Shown in pieces: positions 11,330 to 23,806 of a stretch of 64,000 bases of DNA. Each line of letters begins with the position of its first letter. Position 1 is the stretch's first letter. Under the pieces are notes generated by a model. That model did no database searches, was not told the DNA's origin, and saw only the letters and a program-made list of their open reading frames with translations. The stretch is taken from assembly GCA_963779615.1 (NCBI GenBank), contig CAVZZA010000003.1, forward strand, positions 224,001 through 288,000, read 5' to 3'. Made by a program: the position numbers and the translations under genes. The stretch comes from an uncultured Nitrososphaeraceae archaeon. Lineage in GTDB: Archaea > Thermoproteota > Nitrososphaeria > Nitrososphaerales > Nitrososphaeraceae.

Positions 11330-11352
11330 ACAGCAATCCCATAAAATTACAA

Positions 11353-11397
11353 TAGCTTTAAGGGATTTGGTAACAGGCATATCATTATGAGTCCACA
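11353..11397 (-). repeat. Degenerate tRNA-derived att-like repeat, type A
   Basis: tagctttaagggatttggtaacaggcatatcattatgagtccaca versus 39345 tgggcccaaggggtttggtaacagacataatgcgggtccaaa. Confidence 0.65.
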
Positions 11398-11840
11398 CTA
11401 AAGTCTTGTAAATCAGTCTTTTCCAAACGTGTTTTTTGCCAATTTACTTGCAAACAACAAACCAGTTTTTTAACATACACTTATTATTTGCAACTAATTC
11501 AATTCTCATTTTAGGGACCCATCTAAAAAGATGCAGAAATGCACTGGACTGAGTGGGATCAGCATTGGTATTGAATCCTAGCAAAGATCCAACAAATCTG
11601 AGTATGATTATCGCTAAAATGGACATCATCTGGTAAAGAATTGTTTTTGCATCAAATTTTTTGAAGAGTAATTAATATAAACCACATTGAATAGAAAATA
11701 TGAGTGTCATCCGGTATTAATTTGTGTAATTTTGAATTGCATCAACCTTGAAAATTTGATTTGTTGGGAAATCTGTAAATATGCCATATATTGCTAAATT
11801 TAATAACAATCCAGAAATACAAATGATTTCATGGTAACTA

Positions 11841-12314
11841 TTGTTGTTGGAAGAAATTAGCATAGAAGGTTATTTTGGGATTGGTGAAGCAATAGGAATT
11901 ATCTCCACCTTATTTGTTATCCTTTATTTTTCACGAAAACAAATGCAGAGTTTAACAGTTGATTTGGAAACAAAGATCCTAAATGATTTGGATGACAAGA
12001 TAAACGGATTAACCCGGATGATGGTGGACAGTCCTGAATTAATTAAGGTAGTAAGCAAATCAGAATCGCATTTTACACCGGATTTAGCATTTAGTTATCA
12101 CGTATTATATACATTTGCACACGCTTTCCATATGCGACAACGTGGAGTGGTGAGAGATAATGAATGGCATGGATGGTTCAGGTATATAAAATCTGCGTTT
12201 CAACATGGCGAGATATATGACATATGGAAGAATAACATAGAATTGGAAAAATGGTTTGATCCTGCTTTTCAGGAATTCATTAACGACGAAATAATTCCCG
12301 TTGTCAGGAAGTAG
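11841..12314 (+). CDS. Hypothetical protein with an N-terminal membrane anchor
   Basis: 157-aa ORF with a hydrophobic N-terminal helix. Confidence 0.65.
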   Translation: MLLEEISIEGYFGIGEAIGIISTLFVILYFSRKQMQSLTVDLETKILNDLDDKINGLTRMMVDSPELIKVVSKSESHFTPDLAFSYHVLYTFAHAFHMRQRGVVRDNEWHGWFRYIKSAFQHGEIYDIWKNNIELEKWFDPAFQEFINDEIIPVVRK

Positions 12315-12926
12315 GTAGTTTGAATAAAATATGTGTGGAGATGGTGAACAATGACTCTTTAAAAAGACTTGACAATCAGTGCCATGTGGGAATTGCAGAA
12401 AATTTAAAGGAATGAAATTATTGCGAGAGTTTCTTTCAATTAGATTCATTAACCAACAAATATCTTCCACATTGGACCTTTTTTTGTTTTGAATGATCCA
12501 AGACAAACCATCGGATCATATTTCTTCAGATGATTGTGAAATGAGTGAATTTGAAAGGGTGGAAAGACGGAGTAAATACACATGATAAAATGGAAATTTT
12601 TCAAATACATACATCAAATATAAACCAAAAGAGTCAAGTCCAAAATGGAAAAGAGCAGATAGGTTGATAAATAAATCTGAGTAATGGGTTTTATTGCCAT
12701 CAACGATATTCTGAGCTAAAGGAAGTATCTCCTTATGATCTTGCAGTTGTTTTAAGAACACTTTCCATGGTTTTTCAGTCTATCTCCTTTTTTCTTTTCT
12801 GGCCTTGTGTAATGCCAGGCTTCCCTACGATTTGATTGGACTCAAATCAATGTTCTCTGGCATTTCGGAGGATTCAAGGGTTTGCAAATTTGCTGGCAGA
12901 TAACCCTCCACAGTTGACCTCCTGAA

Positions 12927-13877
12927 TCACCGTGGCAACAACGCCCTGTGCATGTCCCACAGTATCAGTGTGTATTCGGACAGAAATGGCGGCCCCCCGC
13001 CAAAGTTTCGGGGCTCGCCACCGCGTGCAAACTGACAAGATTCGTCTCTTACCTGAACTGGCGCAGAATCCAGCTTTACCGGCTTGCTTGCCTCCTTGAA
13101 AACAACAGTGCTCCTGCTGGCATAGTTGCAGTCACCTGTCCTTGTCAGCGGGAGGTTGATTTCATCTGCAACGGATTGCTTTTTGAGCACCAGCCTCTTG
13201 TCGCCCGTGTTGAGCCCAAACCAATCCTCAACTCCGGCACCAGTGGATGGGTTTATGAAATCTACACGCATCCACTGCCAGCCACTTGTTGGGGTGCCAT
13301 CCCTGCGCTGAAGGTCCGGCAGGGTTATCAGTTTGCTTGCGTCTGCCAACTCGGGTATCGGGACATCCCTTAGCCTGAGCGTGGTCTGTTCACTGGTGTA
13401 CACCATTGATATTTGTGTCAGGATGTTTTTGACCTCCAGGAGTGGGTACCTTGCCGGTGGTGGCTGCTCTCTGAACAGATCGTAATGATCTTTGTCCTGC
13501 ACCATGACTGGCAGGTCAAACTCCCCATCCAGCCCCGCAATTCTGATTTTTCCTGGTTGCTCTTTTCTCTTGGATGAGTCATCTCCCACCCCATCAGGCC
13601 CGTATCCAAATGCAGACAGGAATTGAGGCGCCACGTCTGTGGTCGTTGCCCCAGTGTCAAAATTGTATTTTACTGGCTGACTCCACGTTCCATCTGGCAG
13701 CTTCAATTGTATCGTCAATACTGTCCTGGTTTCTGAACTTGTGAGATCATAAACAAGAGTACTCTTACCTGGAGGGGGATGTTTAAAAAAAGTAATTACT
13801 AAGATAGATGATAATGCAAGTACAACCAGAAAAATTATAGAAATAGTACTTTTTTTAAATGGCTGATGATATATCAA
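12927..13877 (-). CDS. Secreted or membrane-anchored aspartic-protease-like protein
   Basis: N-terminal TM segment; FDTGATTT retropepsin-like motif and a second degenerate LNTGD. Confidence 0.55.
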   Translation of the reverse strand: MIYHQPFKKSTISIIFLVVLALSSILVITFFKHPPPGKSTLVYDLTSSETRTVLTIQLKLPDGTWSQPVKYNFDTGATTTDVAPQFLSAFGYGPDGVGDDSSKRKEQPGKIRIAGLDGEFDLPVMVQDKDHYDLFREQPPPARYPLLEVKNILTQISMVYTSEQTTLRLRDVPIPELADASKLITLPDLQRRDGTPTSGWQWMRVDFINPSTGAGVEDWFGLNTGDKRLVLKKQSVADEINLPLTRTGDCNYASRSTVVFKEASKPVKLDSAPVQVRDESCQFARGGEPRNFGGGPPFLSEYTLILWDMHRALLPR

Positions 13878-14280
13878 ATTATAGATTCCCCAACTACGTT
13901 GACTCTACCACGATATGAAGACAAAGAAACACACATAGTGGTAAATTAAATCACTTGTATATTAGAGCTGAGGCGCAGTTGCCCAATTAATAAATTTTGC
14001 AATATTGTTTAACACCCCTATAGCGCATATTACAATGAACATAGGGTTACCTCCATCAAGGAGACAGAAATACATGATGCAGAAAAACAAATTGGATAAA
14101 TCTACGAGTCATCACTAATGAAAAAAGAATCATTAATGAAAAAAGTGCTGAATAAGATATTTACCAGTATAAAACTATAATCATGCCTTTTTCAGATAAT
14201 TTTAAAGATAACAATATTAAAGAATACATAAAAAGGAACAAGAAAAATTAATGGAATAGTAAACCCATAGCCAATAAACA

Positions 14281-14799
14281 TTATGATGTACCTATTTTAT
14301 TTTTACTCATCAACTTTCTGGCCATAAACACATCAGCTCTATAATCATCGTTATAGCGAGGTATATTTGTAAAACCATTCTTTAAGTACAGTTTTATGGC
14401 TGCTTGCAAATCCTTTGAACTATATAAATAGATGTTTGTATAACCTGACTTTTTTGCATAGTCAAGCACAACATCAAGCATCATCTGCCCAATCCCTAAT
14501 CCCCTATACCGCTTCAATACGAACATTCTCTTTAGTTCGCAGGTAGAAACAATTTGCCTTAGATTTCTTATTGCCACTGTACCAACTATTTGGTTATTAT
14601 CATTTTCAACTTTTTCTACAACCCAAAAGTATCCACCATTATCTTTACTATAATGCTGATTTATATGTAGTAAATCTGAATCAAGCCCATCTAATTTAAG
14701 TTGAATGTTAAATTCATTGACAACTATGTCTGCTATAAGGTTTACAACAGTTTCTAGATTGTTATCCAACAGTTCTCTCACCCTAAAGGATTGTGGCAA
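14281..14799 (-). CDS. GNAT family N-acetyltransferase
   Basis: ELKRMFV..YRGLGIG and AIKLYLKNGF motifs. Confidence 0.85.
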   Translation of the reverse strand: MPQSFRVRELLDNNLETVVNLIADIVVNEFNIQLKLDGLDSDLLHINQHYSKDNGGYFWVVEKVENDNNQIVGTVAIRNLRQIVSTCELKRMFVLKRYRGLGIGQMMLDVVLDYAKKSGYTNIYLYSSKDLQAAIKLYLKNGFTNIPRYNDDYRADVFMARKLMSKNKIGTS

Positions 14800-14919
14800 G
14801 CATACTTCTCCTTAGTTAGTTATTTACCTAAGTTGTTTATTAAAAATAGGATAAATAAGTAACATACCTTTCTCTAGTATTTAATAACCAAATTACTACA
14901 TTAGCGCCATGTCTTTTCT

Positions 14920-15750
14920 TTGCTTTCATATTACAGGTTATCCAAAAATTACTGCTATTCAAGTCATTCACCGGCTTAACAGTGCAAGAGTTCGACGATA
15001 TTTTCATTAAAGAGAAAGTAAAAAAAACGGCAAGCATGAGATACAGCGTTCGGAATACAAAAGAAAGAAAATAGAGAAAGAAGTTGTGGTACAGGCAGAC
15101 CTTTTAAATTCGATATAGAAACATCTTTTTAATGCTGCTTGCGTATTACCGTTTGTAAATAACCTACACTCTGGCTGGTTTTTTGTTTAATTTGGAACAG
15201 ACCAACATTTGCATGGACATACAAAAGATTGAAGGTTTGATAAAACAATGCATTTCTATACCTAAAAAACCACCATATAACTAAGGGTTGAAAACCACTG
15301 AAGAAGTGAAAAAGTATTTTCCAGGCTTTCTATCTTTCGCATATTCCACAGAACAGCTGATACCAAGACCTGTAGACAAAAAAGAAAAAGAAGGTGTTCC
15401 ATTTAGGGAGGAAGAAAAGGATACTGCAAAGACACAGATTATGGTTAACAAATTAGGTTTCAACATTCACAAAACAATCCTTAAGAAAGGATAGACATGA
15501 TGACTATTATATATACAAGAAGAATCATCATCCAACTCCCAAACAAGTTGTCAATGTGTTTGATCTAGGTGTGGAGAAACACTACGCAAGGCAAATATCA
15601 TTGTTACCACATAAATAGAAGAAAGATCAAGAGTCATCTGCAGGAGAAAAGGAATGCAAAAAAAGCCACTCTAAAAAGAGAATAACGATAGAGTACACCA
15701 TTAGTAGATTGAAAAATAAAAGGATACTTGCAGAAGTGTTTAGAAACAAA
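14920..15750 (+). mobile_element. Heavily decayed IS5-like (DDE_Tnp_4-type) transposase remnant
   Basis: Fragments FKSFTGLTVQEFDDI, EEVKKYFPGFLSF..STEQLIPRPVDK, KTQIMVN, RITIEYTISRLK spread over several frames with stops. Confidence 0.7.
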
Positions 15751-15977
15751 TCGAAAAATATTGGTTTTTTAGCTGTGTTACACTATTTGCCTTCTTTATA
15801 AACTAATCTGACCATTTGTTTCCAAATTAGATATCTTTATTTCATTTATGCCTTAATAATGAAAATCGCGCTGACATAAAAAATATGTTTAAAATATAGT
15901 AACAAAAGTAAATCCAGTCAACAGTATGGTTACTATAATAGTATTGAATCGAGAGTCGCATAACCAATTCAACATTA

Positions 15978-16418
15978 TCAAATTCTATAACGTCTTTCTG
16001 ATTCTTCAATAGGATAATCATTAGCACTCATATCGCGAATACGCATCAAACCATCATTATTAAATTCCCAATGCTCATTACCATGAGTTCGCATCCATTG
16101 GTTAGGGGTATCTGCATCTCTCCATTCATACTCAAACCGCACTGAGATACGATTGCCTGTATAACACCAAAGATTTTTCATCAGGCGATAATCAAGCTCT
16201 TTGGTCCATTTACGTTTAAGAAACGCCATAATTTCTTCCCTTCCTTCAAAAAACTCAATACGATTACGCCATTGAGAATCTATCGCATACGCTTGTGCTA
16301 CAAATTCGGGGTTACGAGTATTCCAGGCATCTTGAGCAGATTTAACTTTCGCTCTGGCTGTTTCTTCAGTGAATGGCGGTTTTATGTCGGTAGGTCTTGC
16401 CATTGTGACTTGTACCAT
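15978..16418 (-). CDS. DUF1348 / SnoaL-like (NTF2-fold) protein
   Basis: PPFTEETA..KV..AQDAWNTR, WRNR.EF, ELDYRL, RFEYEW and GNEHWEF motifs. Confidence 0.9.
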   Translation of the reverse strand: MVQVTMARPTDIKPPFTEETARAKVKSAQDAWNTRNPEFVAQAYAIDSQWRNRIEFFEGREEIMAFLKRKWTKELDYRLMKNLWCYTGNRISVRFEYEWRDADTPNQWMRTHGNEHWEFNNDGLMRIRDMSANDYPIEESERRYRI

Positions 16419-16499
16419 ACTGGTGGTTTAAAAATACTTGTAAAAAATCTGACTGAATAATCAATCTTTTTATTGGATCAGACGTCTCAGATTACCTAA

Positions 16500-16925
16500 A
16501 AACTCCTGACGATGGCCTCTTGGAATTGCTACCTCAGCATCCCATTGAATCTCATTCCGGGTATGAGGAATATCTGCAACCTCTTTAATATTTTTCAAGT
16601 CTGGCAGGCGAGATCACCAATACTTTTCCACCATTGGGGCCTGATTGATAATTATGCAGAATATTCCTTGGAATGAAAACAAAGTCACTTGTCTGATCAA
16701 GATATGTGTTAATGCCGCACCTTGTAGAATGCTCTCCATCAAATACATAACATGCTTCTGATGCTATAGAATGTGTATATAAACTAGTAACAGTATTTGG
16801 AGGATGTATCATCTATAGGGTGTATCTATGCTCTCAATCCAATCCGGAGACCTCGAAGGTCATTTTTGTATTACGGAAATTAATCTGAGATCCTTCGCCT
16901 TTCTTACACGCAAATCCATCATTGG
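16500..16925 (-). pseudogene. Cupin domain protein, frameshifted
   Basis: MIHPPN..HS..SEACYV..GE and DFVFIPRNILHNYQ; upstream part is in another frame. Confidence 0.6.
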
Positions 16926-17284
16926 ATAAATCAAAAAAGAAACTATCCATATTTTCATTAATAAATTACAGTTTCTTTGCGTGGTATTTTAAATGAAATT
17001 CCAATCAAATAAAATATACTAAAGTTTAGTTTAGCGAAATGACGATTATCTAAAAACATGTTGTAAGTCATTTAGATGTGGAAAGAATAATTGCAATGGT
17101 GGTATATTGTATTATCAATCATAAAGACAATAACATGCCTTCTATTGGCTACGTGCAAAGGAAGTTTGAACATATACAATTGTTTATTACATGGTTCTGG
17201 AGTTTTGACAATCATTATCCTTTTTTTCTTCTCCATTTCATTGACACAAAGTTTTTGAGACAATCATTTTTTAGTTCCAACATT

Positions 17285-17677
17285 ATGGAAAGGAATAATT
17301 ATTTATCCGGTTCACCATGGGAGTCAATAGTTGGTTATTCAAGGCTTGTCAAATACGGACCATATGTATTCATTTCTGGTACAACATCCATTGATGAAAA
17401 TGGAAAAGTTGTAGGGGTGAGAGATCCGTATGTACAAACCAAACAAATCATTCAGACTATTGAAAAATCATTGAGGATAATTAATGCAAATTTAACCGAT
17501 ATAGTCAGAACAAGAATCTTTGTAACCAATATCGATGATTGGAAAATAATAGGCAAAGCATATGCAGAATTTTTCAAAGATATACAGCCTGCAGCAACTA
17601 TGGTGGAAGTAAAACGGCTAATCCAGCCAGACCTGCTTGTAGAAATCGAAGCAGACGCGATAACAAATTCCCCTTAA
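17285..17677 (+). CDS. RidA/YjgF family protein
   Basis: SGSPWESIVGYSR, ISGTT, VRTRIFV and PAATMVEV..L...LLVEIEA motifs. Confidence 0.9.
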   Translation: MERNNYLSGSPWESIVGYSRLVKYGPYVFISGTTSIDENGKVVGVRDPYVQTKQIIQTIEKSLRIINANLTDIVRTRIFVTNIDDWKIIGKAYAEFFKDIQPAATMVEVKRLIQPDLLVEIEADAITNSP

Positions 17678-18080
17678 TCTTGCTTGCGTATACTTTGATT
17701 AGAAGAGCAACTCGGTACGTTCAAAATTCAGAAACATGTGAGAAAATATGTCAAAGTGGTCGCAATTCAAGATGCACTGCAGTTTACAATAATATCCATA
17801 ATGGCAGAGTTTGCACCAGGTTTTTCGCCCCATTCAGCAAAAAAAAACAATTGGTTTGTTTTCAAGACGATTGAATGTTATTCAAAAGCCATTTTTGGCG
17901 ATGTTTTGTCACTATTTAAGGTAATAATTAAATTATTAGACAAAATCATACCAAATATTCATCTCAACATATGCAGTATTAATGTTACTCATATCTTTTT
18001 AGGTTAATGTTTTCCAATATAATAGCAGGTATTAACAAGCAAACTCCTATTATACCAACAAATGTATCTAAATACCAACT

Positions 18081-18290
18081 ATGAACAACACCAAAAAAAT
18101 TTTATTGATTACAGCCATAGCGTCGTTATTAATAATGGGAACAAGCATAATTCCGATTCAGTCATATGCAGACATGGATGACAAAAATATAAAAAAAAAT
18201 AGTGATCTTGATTCAAAAATAAATGCAAACTCAGGGACAGAAGAAAATTGGGCAAACCAGCAAATGGACCAAGACAATTTCTGTTGTTAA
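18081..18290 (+). pseudogene. Truncated member of the secreted QDNxC-module family
   Basis: Signal peptide ending QSYA; stops at QDNFCC. Confidence 0.7.
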
Positions 18291-19037
18291 TAGCAAACTC
18301 GAATGACAACACGGTCCCTGCGGCATGGTTTTTTACAACAACATATTCAGGCGTATGACGGGTACAATCTGTAATGCAGGTCAAGTATCCATGCGTGACA
18401 TAGCCAACCTAATAGAAGATAGATGCCCAGAAAATTTTTAAAACAATCAGTATCCTCAATAGGCAAATCCATAAATCCGCAACCTTTCATAAACCATTGG
18501 TTTAGCCTCATCATATATAAACAACATTTGGTGTAACGCCTTTTTCTAGTTTTTAGACATGATTAGTCTCATGGCGAGGTAAGGCGGTAACCTTAGCATT
18601 TGTCAAGGGCTTTTCACTGAACAAAGGTTATTCCTGGGATGTTTTATAGCTCCACTGACCTAAAGGAGATTTGTAATGTATTATTCATATTATTTTATGT
18701 TGATTCCCTGTTGTAGGGAAGGATTGAAACCGTTGACTTACGCTCATCATTAACCCACATACTTCTGCTGCGCGTCCCATCTGATATACCCATACATCAA
18801 AAATTACTACTAACAGGCGACGAAATTTTAATGGTATCTGTCTTCTAGCAATTTCCTTTACTATTTACAATAAAATCAAGTTGTAATGACAAATGCCTAT
18901 TTCAAGTGTATTGGTAAAAATAGTTTTTAGGACTGCATAAAATAATTACCCTTCATTGATTGATTCGTTATTCTACAAACCAAACCAGCAAAAATTTGTT
19001 GTGATATCTTTATATTTATTACTCCTAGACCTAGGAT

Positions 19038-19566
19038 ATGAGCAATAAATTCAAGGTAGCCCTTCTTATAGGAGTCCTTGTGGTAATGGGTGGTTCGATT
19101 TGCAGTGCATCTATGTCAACGGCAAGCGCACAGTCAAATTATACGATTAAAGTCGCAAAAGCCACAGAAGGAGACTTTACCGTTACCAATGGGGCAAGCT
19201 ATGTTGGTTCATCCTTTGACACAACATATACTATGACAGGCACAGCACCTGACTTTATCAAGGCTAGAGATGCGTTAACATCCTCAATACTTGACGATTT
19301 CGGCAAATCTCCCACCATTGGGTACGTAAAAATGAACAGTACCTGATACTCAGACAAACACAAATGTGACTGGACTTGCTAACCCATTTGTAAGCAAAGA
19401 ACAAATTGATGAAAAAGTAAAATCAGTGCTCTCCTATGCACTAGACAAGATTGAGCATCCAGTGGGAATCACGCCTAATGTGGGCGATTCAAGGGAGATC
19501 AAGTGTAAATTTGGCAGCGTCTTAGACGACTTTTGGTGTGACATTCCGACATTTGTAGCCAAGTAA
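19038..19566 (+). pseudogene. Secreted hypothetical protein split into two ORFs
   Basis: Signal peptide in 19038-19346; continuation 19366-19566 in another frame. Confidence 0.55.
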
Positions 19567-19900
19567 GAACTACGAGCCACACACCTCAATTTTTTATTGC
19601 AGATCTAACAATTATTTTCTTCAGCTACTAGCAGTTGCCAAGGTTTCTCTAACCTATAGAGAGAATTGGACTTTTTTCGATAACAAATTCCTTGATTTGT
19701 AAATAATCAAGAAAAATTTGATCTCCTTGGATACTGCCTTTTCGATTCTGGGGGTCAGCGCATAAACAAACTTTTGATATGGAGAAAGATAAGCATTCTC
19801 ACAAGTCTGAGAAGGCGAAGAGAAGGCGAAGGGTATGGCGACAAGGCCTCAATTTATAACATGGTTTATCTCGGGCCTATGAAGGAGAAGAGATATCTTG

Positions 19901-19950
19901 TTGGCCAAGGGGGCTAATGCCGATATCGGCTCTATATGAGATTCTAATTT
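19901..19950 (-). repeat. Degenerate tRNA-derived att-like repeat, type C
   Basis: ttggccaagggggctaatgccgatatcggctctatatgagattctaa aligns with the 34386 copy. Confidence 0.65.
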
Positions 19951-20440
19951 TATACAAGCTGTAGAGATTAAGTTTTCAATGAAAAAAAATGGAAAATCAA
20001 GCAACCAAAGAAAAACTTGTTTTCAATCTGGCATGGCTAAAGTAGGAGACACCCAATTACCATTATCACGTCTCATAAAATACAATTCTCTTTTTTATCA
20101 AGGTGTAAAAAAGTACAAGTTATTGTAGTATCCATTATTGCTGTTGAAGGTGTAATGGATTATTAAATTGGTAGATAAAGTTTTACTATATATTCATGCA
20201 TTCAATTGCAGTTCTAATATTATGCTCATTTTTTTGGGTTAACAAACCCCAAGATAATGCCTTGCTGCATAACTATGAAATTCGTCAATTTATGATAGAG
20301 CACATATCAGGATAATGCGAATATCGATTATTTCCCTTGAGGAAATAAAACCAGCACGTCTAAAAAACACAAAAATCTGAGTTACGCAACAAAGCACAAG
20401 ATAATATCACGCATTAACTAGCCTATTTTAATTATATCCA

Positions 20441-20501
20441 TGAATGTATCTAAATTTCAACTATGAACAATATAAAAAATATCTTATTGATGACAGCCAT
20501 A
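20441..20501 (+). pseudogene. Stub (upstream region plus about 13 codons) of a QDNxC-family gene
   Basis: aatgtatctaaatttcaactatgaacaatataaaaaatatcttattgatgacagccata matches 18061-18119. Confidence 0.65.
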
Positions 20502-20561
20502 AAAAAGCAAACCAAAATCTTAAATCGCAAATTGAGTATCGTTGTCAAAATTTCATAACCA

Positions 20562-20981
20562 CTAAATGAAAAAATGCATTCGCAAATGATTACTCAACTG
20601 AATTTCATCCTCAAACTCCATTCCGCAGTGACGGCAATGATGCATTCCGGCAGATTCCCCTTGATTTCTCCCTAGGATAATGAGTCCATTATTTACGGTT
20701 TCATCCTTGACAACAATATACTCACCAATTGCTCTTTTGATAAAGAGATCTTTTATTCGATGCTTGATTTTGTTTATTTGATTTTCATCCTCTTCCAACA
20801 TTATGCCCTTGACAGATTTTAGATTCCCCGGCGCACTGTTTTTTTCGTTGTCCTCTTCATGAATTAGTCTAAGGTAACCTTGTGAATTAACGTCATGTTG
20901 AAGGAACTCGGTTTCAATATCTTTTATAATTTCTGATTTAATGCTTTCATCAAGGGACTGTAAATCAATCTGTATGACCAA
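20562..20981 (-). CDS. C2H2 zinc-finger protein
   Basis: C-terminal CRHCGMEF...LSNHLRMH. Confidence 0.75.
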   Translation of the reverse strand: MVIQIDLQSLDESIKSEIIKDIETEFLQHDVNSQGYLRLIHEEDNEKNSAPGNLKSVKGIMLEEDENQINKIKHRIKDLFIKRAIGEYIVVKDETVNNGLIILGRNQGESAGMHHCRHCGMEFEDEIQLSNHLRMHFFI

Positions 20982-21118
20982 TATCAGATATTTGCTTCCA
21001 AGGGTTTTAACTGTGTTGTTGAATATCCCCTGTAAAGATAATCCTATGTTTTACGTTTATCATTTGGCTTATGATTTTAACCACTGAAAGCATCGGCAAT
21101 CAAAATACATCCGTCCCA

Positions 21119-22162
21119 TCAATTGTGTTTGATGTCATTTTGCGTGGGTTTTTTCGGAACTTTTTTTTTCGTAACCATCAGAGCGACTCCAAGTAGGATA
21201 ATGACCATAGCTATGATTGTAGTAATTGTCAAATTTTCATGCAGAATAGCCCATCCCAATAATACCGCAATGACTGGGCTAACATATGCAAAGGTGTTTG
21301 CCAATGATGCGGATGTAACTCGAAGCAACCAGTAAAAGTCGGTAAATCCCACAATGGTGATAATAACTATCAGATAGATTTGCGCTATTAAAGACTGCAG
21401 TGAAATTTGCATTAAATCCAAATTGCGATATTCCCCAAATGCAAAACTAACAGCAGTCAACATTAACCCTCCAGAAATCATGATCATCCCTGACGACGCA
21501 AGGATACTGACAGGAAGCTTAGCCCTGGTGGAATATAGTGAGCCAATGGCCCATGAAATTGAACTTATTATTAGGGCCAATGTTCCAATGGGGCTCAGAT
21601 CTCCAGACCCAATAGATGGAGCAACAAGCAACATAAGGCCGCCAAATCCCGCAGCTAATCCGATAATCGTTGCTTTTGTCATGGATGGACCAATTGCCCC
21701 TTTTTTTATCCATCTATAGACAGCATATCCAATAATTGCAACCCATAACGGGATAGTGGAATTTAGCAGGCCAGTCATACCCGAGGAAAGATATTGTGCG
21801 CCCCAAGTTAGCAATCCTTGACCACCAAGAAACAAGGTAACCCCTAAAATCAGGCTATCTCCCCATTGCCTGAATGTTATATGTTCTTTAGTAGGCTTTT
21901 CAGAATCCAGAACTTGATCTTGCGCCCCTTGTGAGTGTTTTTGATTGTTACTGGTACTGCTATTGTTTTTGAATATAGTTTTGTTAACCTGAAGAAAATA
22001 AAATGTAAAGAGTATCGCCCCTGCAAATGAAAACCTTATGCCCGCGCTCAACAGAGGAGGTATCGTGTCGATGGCAACTTTGATTGCAAGAAAACTCGAG
22101 CCGTTGATAACCCATAGTGCAACCAAGATAAGCCAAATTTTAGATTGATGATTTAAGTTCAT
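21119..22162 (-). CDS. EamA/DMT family transporter
   Basis: About ten TM segments; WVINGSSFLAIK, PPLLSAGIRF and AYVSPVIAVLLGW motifs. Confidence 0.9.
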   Translation of the reverse strand: MNLNHQSKIWLILVALWVINGSSFLAIKVAIDTIPPLLSAGIRFSFAGAILFTFYFLQVNKTIFKNNSSTSNNQKHSQGAQDQVLDSEKPTKEHITFRQWGDSLILGVTLFLGGQGLLTWGAQYLSSGMTGLLNSTIPLWVAIIGYAVYRWIKKGAIGPSMTKATIIGLAAGFGGLMLLVAPSIGSGDLSPIGTLALIISSISWAIGSLYSTRAKLPVSILASSGMIMISGGLMLTAVSFAFGEYRNLDLMQISLQSLIAQIYLIVIITIVGFTDFYWLLRVTSASLANTFAYVSPVIAVLLGWAILHENLTITTIIAMVIILLGVALMVTKKKVPKKPTQNDIKHN

Positions 22163-23806
22163 TATATGGATAAACTTGCAATAAATATCATTTAATAATA
22201 ATGTTTTTTGTAATAGCCTTGTTGTGATTTTGGTATCAAATTTATCATGATTGTGCGGCTTTGATTTTTCACTCGGATGCCATAGCCATTTGTATTGGCA
22301 CCTGAAACTTTCCTGTTGTTTTGTCATGGTGATGAGGTTGGGTGTCATTTTGTTTCGCAGTTGCATTCTTTTCCATTTTGGTTTTGCCCTAATACATCGA
22401 TTACACGATTAGAATGACCTTGGGGATTTTTGTGACTGGACCGTGGACACCAACACCAAATTTGACTAAAATTCATAGCCCTTGGCCGGTATGCACATGG
22501 CAATACCAAATAGAAGACGCACATATGATATCTTGTCTTTTTATTCTGCAACCTGTCTTATTGACATTTTCGTAAGAATTCAACTATCTTTTTAACATAT
22601 AATTGATTTCTGTTGTCGTGGCAAACCTATGATACTTTTTTTAATCCTACTGCCAAATAACTGGATAAACAGCGAGTTTAATCTTTATGAAAGTTATCAC
22701 ATAAAGAGTCGAGAATCATTAAACAAATAGTATTGCAAGATGACATTATTATATTCCATTAAATTTTATATTTATCCGACTATTCCACAGCTATATTAGC
22801 GACAATCCATAGTGTCGGATAGTAATAACGAAAATCAGCTGATCAAAAGTGGAATTGACAGTCAACAAAAAGGGAACACAAAACCAAGTGGAAGAGAGGT
22901 AAAGGCAGGCTGGTAAAGCAATGCCGCCCTGTTACTATTTCTAATTAAGAGAGGCATTTGTAATGGCAGGGGAAGAACACTAAAAACCTTTAAGCATTTA
23001 TTGATATCCTGTATGATATTCAAAACAAGAACTCAATCCCTTTTAACTATCATAAATATCTCTTTCATTACAGGTCTCGTCTAGCACTAGAAAATAGAAT
23101 ATCTTCAAAACACAAATAATCAGAAAAAAATAGGTTGAAAATGGCAAAACGGATAATCCAGTAATCCGATAATAAACTCAAATTAGCGAAGCATCAATTT
23201 TAATGCGTACTGAAGCATTTAACTGGTAAAACCATTGTGTCGATTAAAAATAATGTCGTAAAGTTATACAAAATAATTGAATAACATCCATCTTGTTGGT
23301 TTTGGAAGATGACTCCATAATTTCTATTTATCCTCTACTTTTTTATAATTTGACATGTATATATTTTATTTCTTAATTAAGAACGCAATTTGCAAAATTC
23401 ATTGTGCCAAAAGGATTGTCTTTTATTGTGAGATGGCCTTCACGGTTTATTGTTGGATTAAAGGTAAAAGACATGGATTTGGATAGATTTTTCATACCTG
23501 TGTTTGGATTCATTCTTCCGACAGCCGGTAATGACCGTTTACTTATGATAAAAGAAGCGAAAAATATTGAGGAAAAACTATTGCGGTTTAGTAAACGTAT
23601 TTTTCTCAATCGCGTTCATAACTATTGCCAACAAGACCCCTCTCTTCGGAATTTGGAGTAATGTTTATGATCCAAAAAATCCTTTTCATTGCCGAATGTC
23701 ATGTCACATACCTCACATCTGTAAGAATTACCACCAGAAACCATTTCGGAAAATAATCTCAAAGGTATTATTTAACGGTTGAATAAATCGAAAGACATTT
23801 GCCAAG

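Noticed and set aside
10641-12885. ggattcaaggg at ~10641 and ~12870, and acggcccaggtttag at ~10063, as further att copies
   Set aside because: Too short or degenerate, with no type A/B/C arm; cannot be told from chance by eye.
22245-23780. Short ORFs in AT-rich intergenic DNA (also 26640-26900, 33450-34380, 39460-39810)
   Set aside because: No recognisable motifs; probably spurious or unidentifiable remnants.
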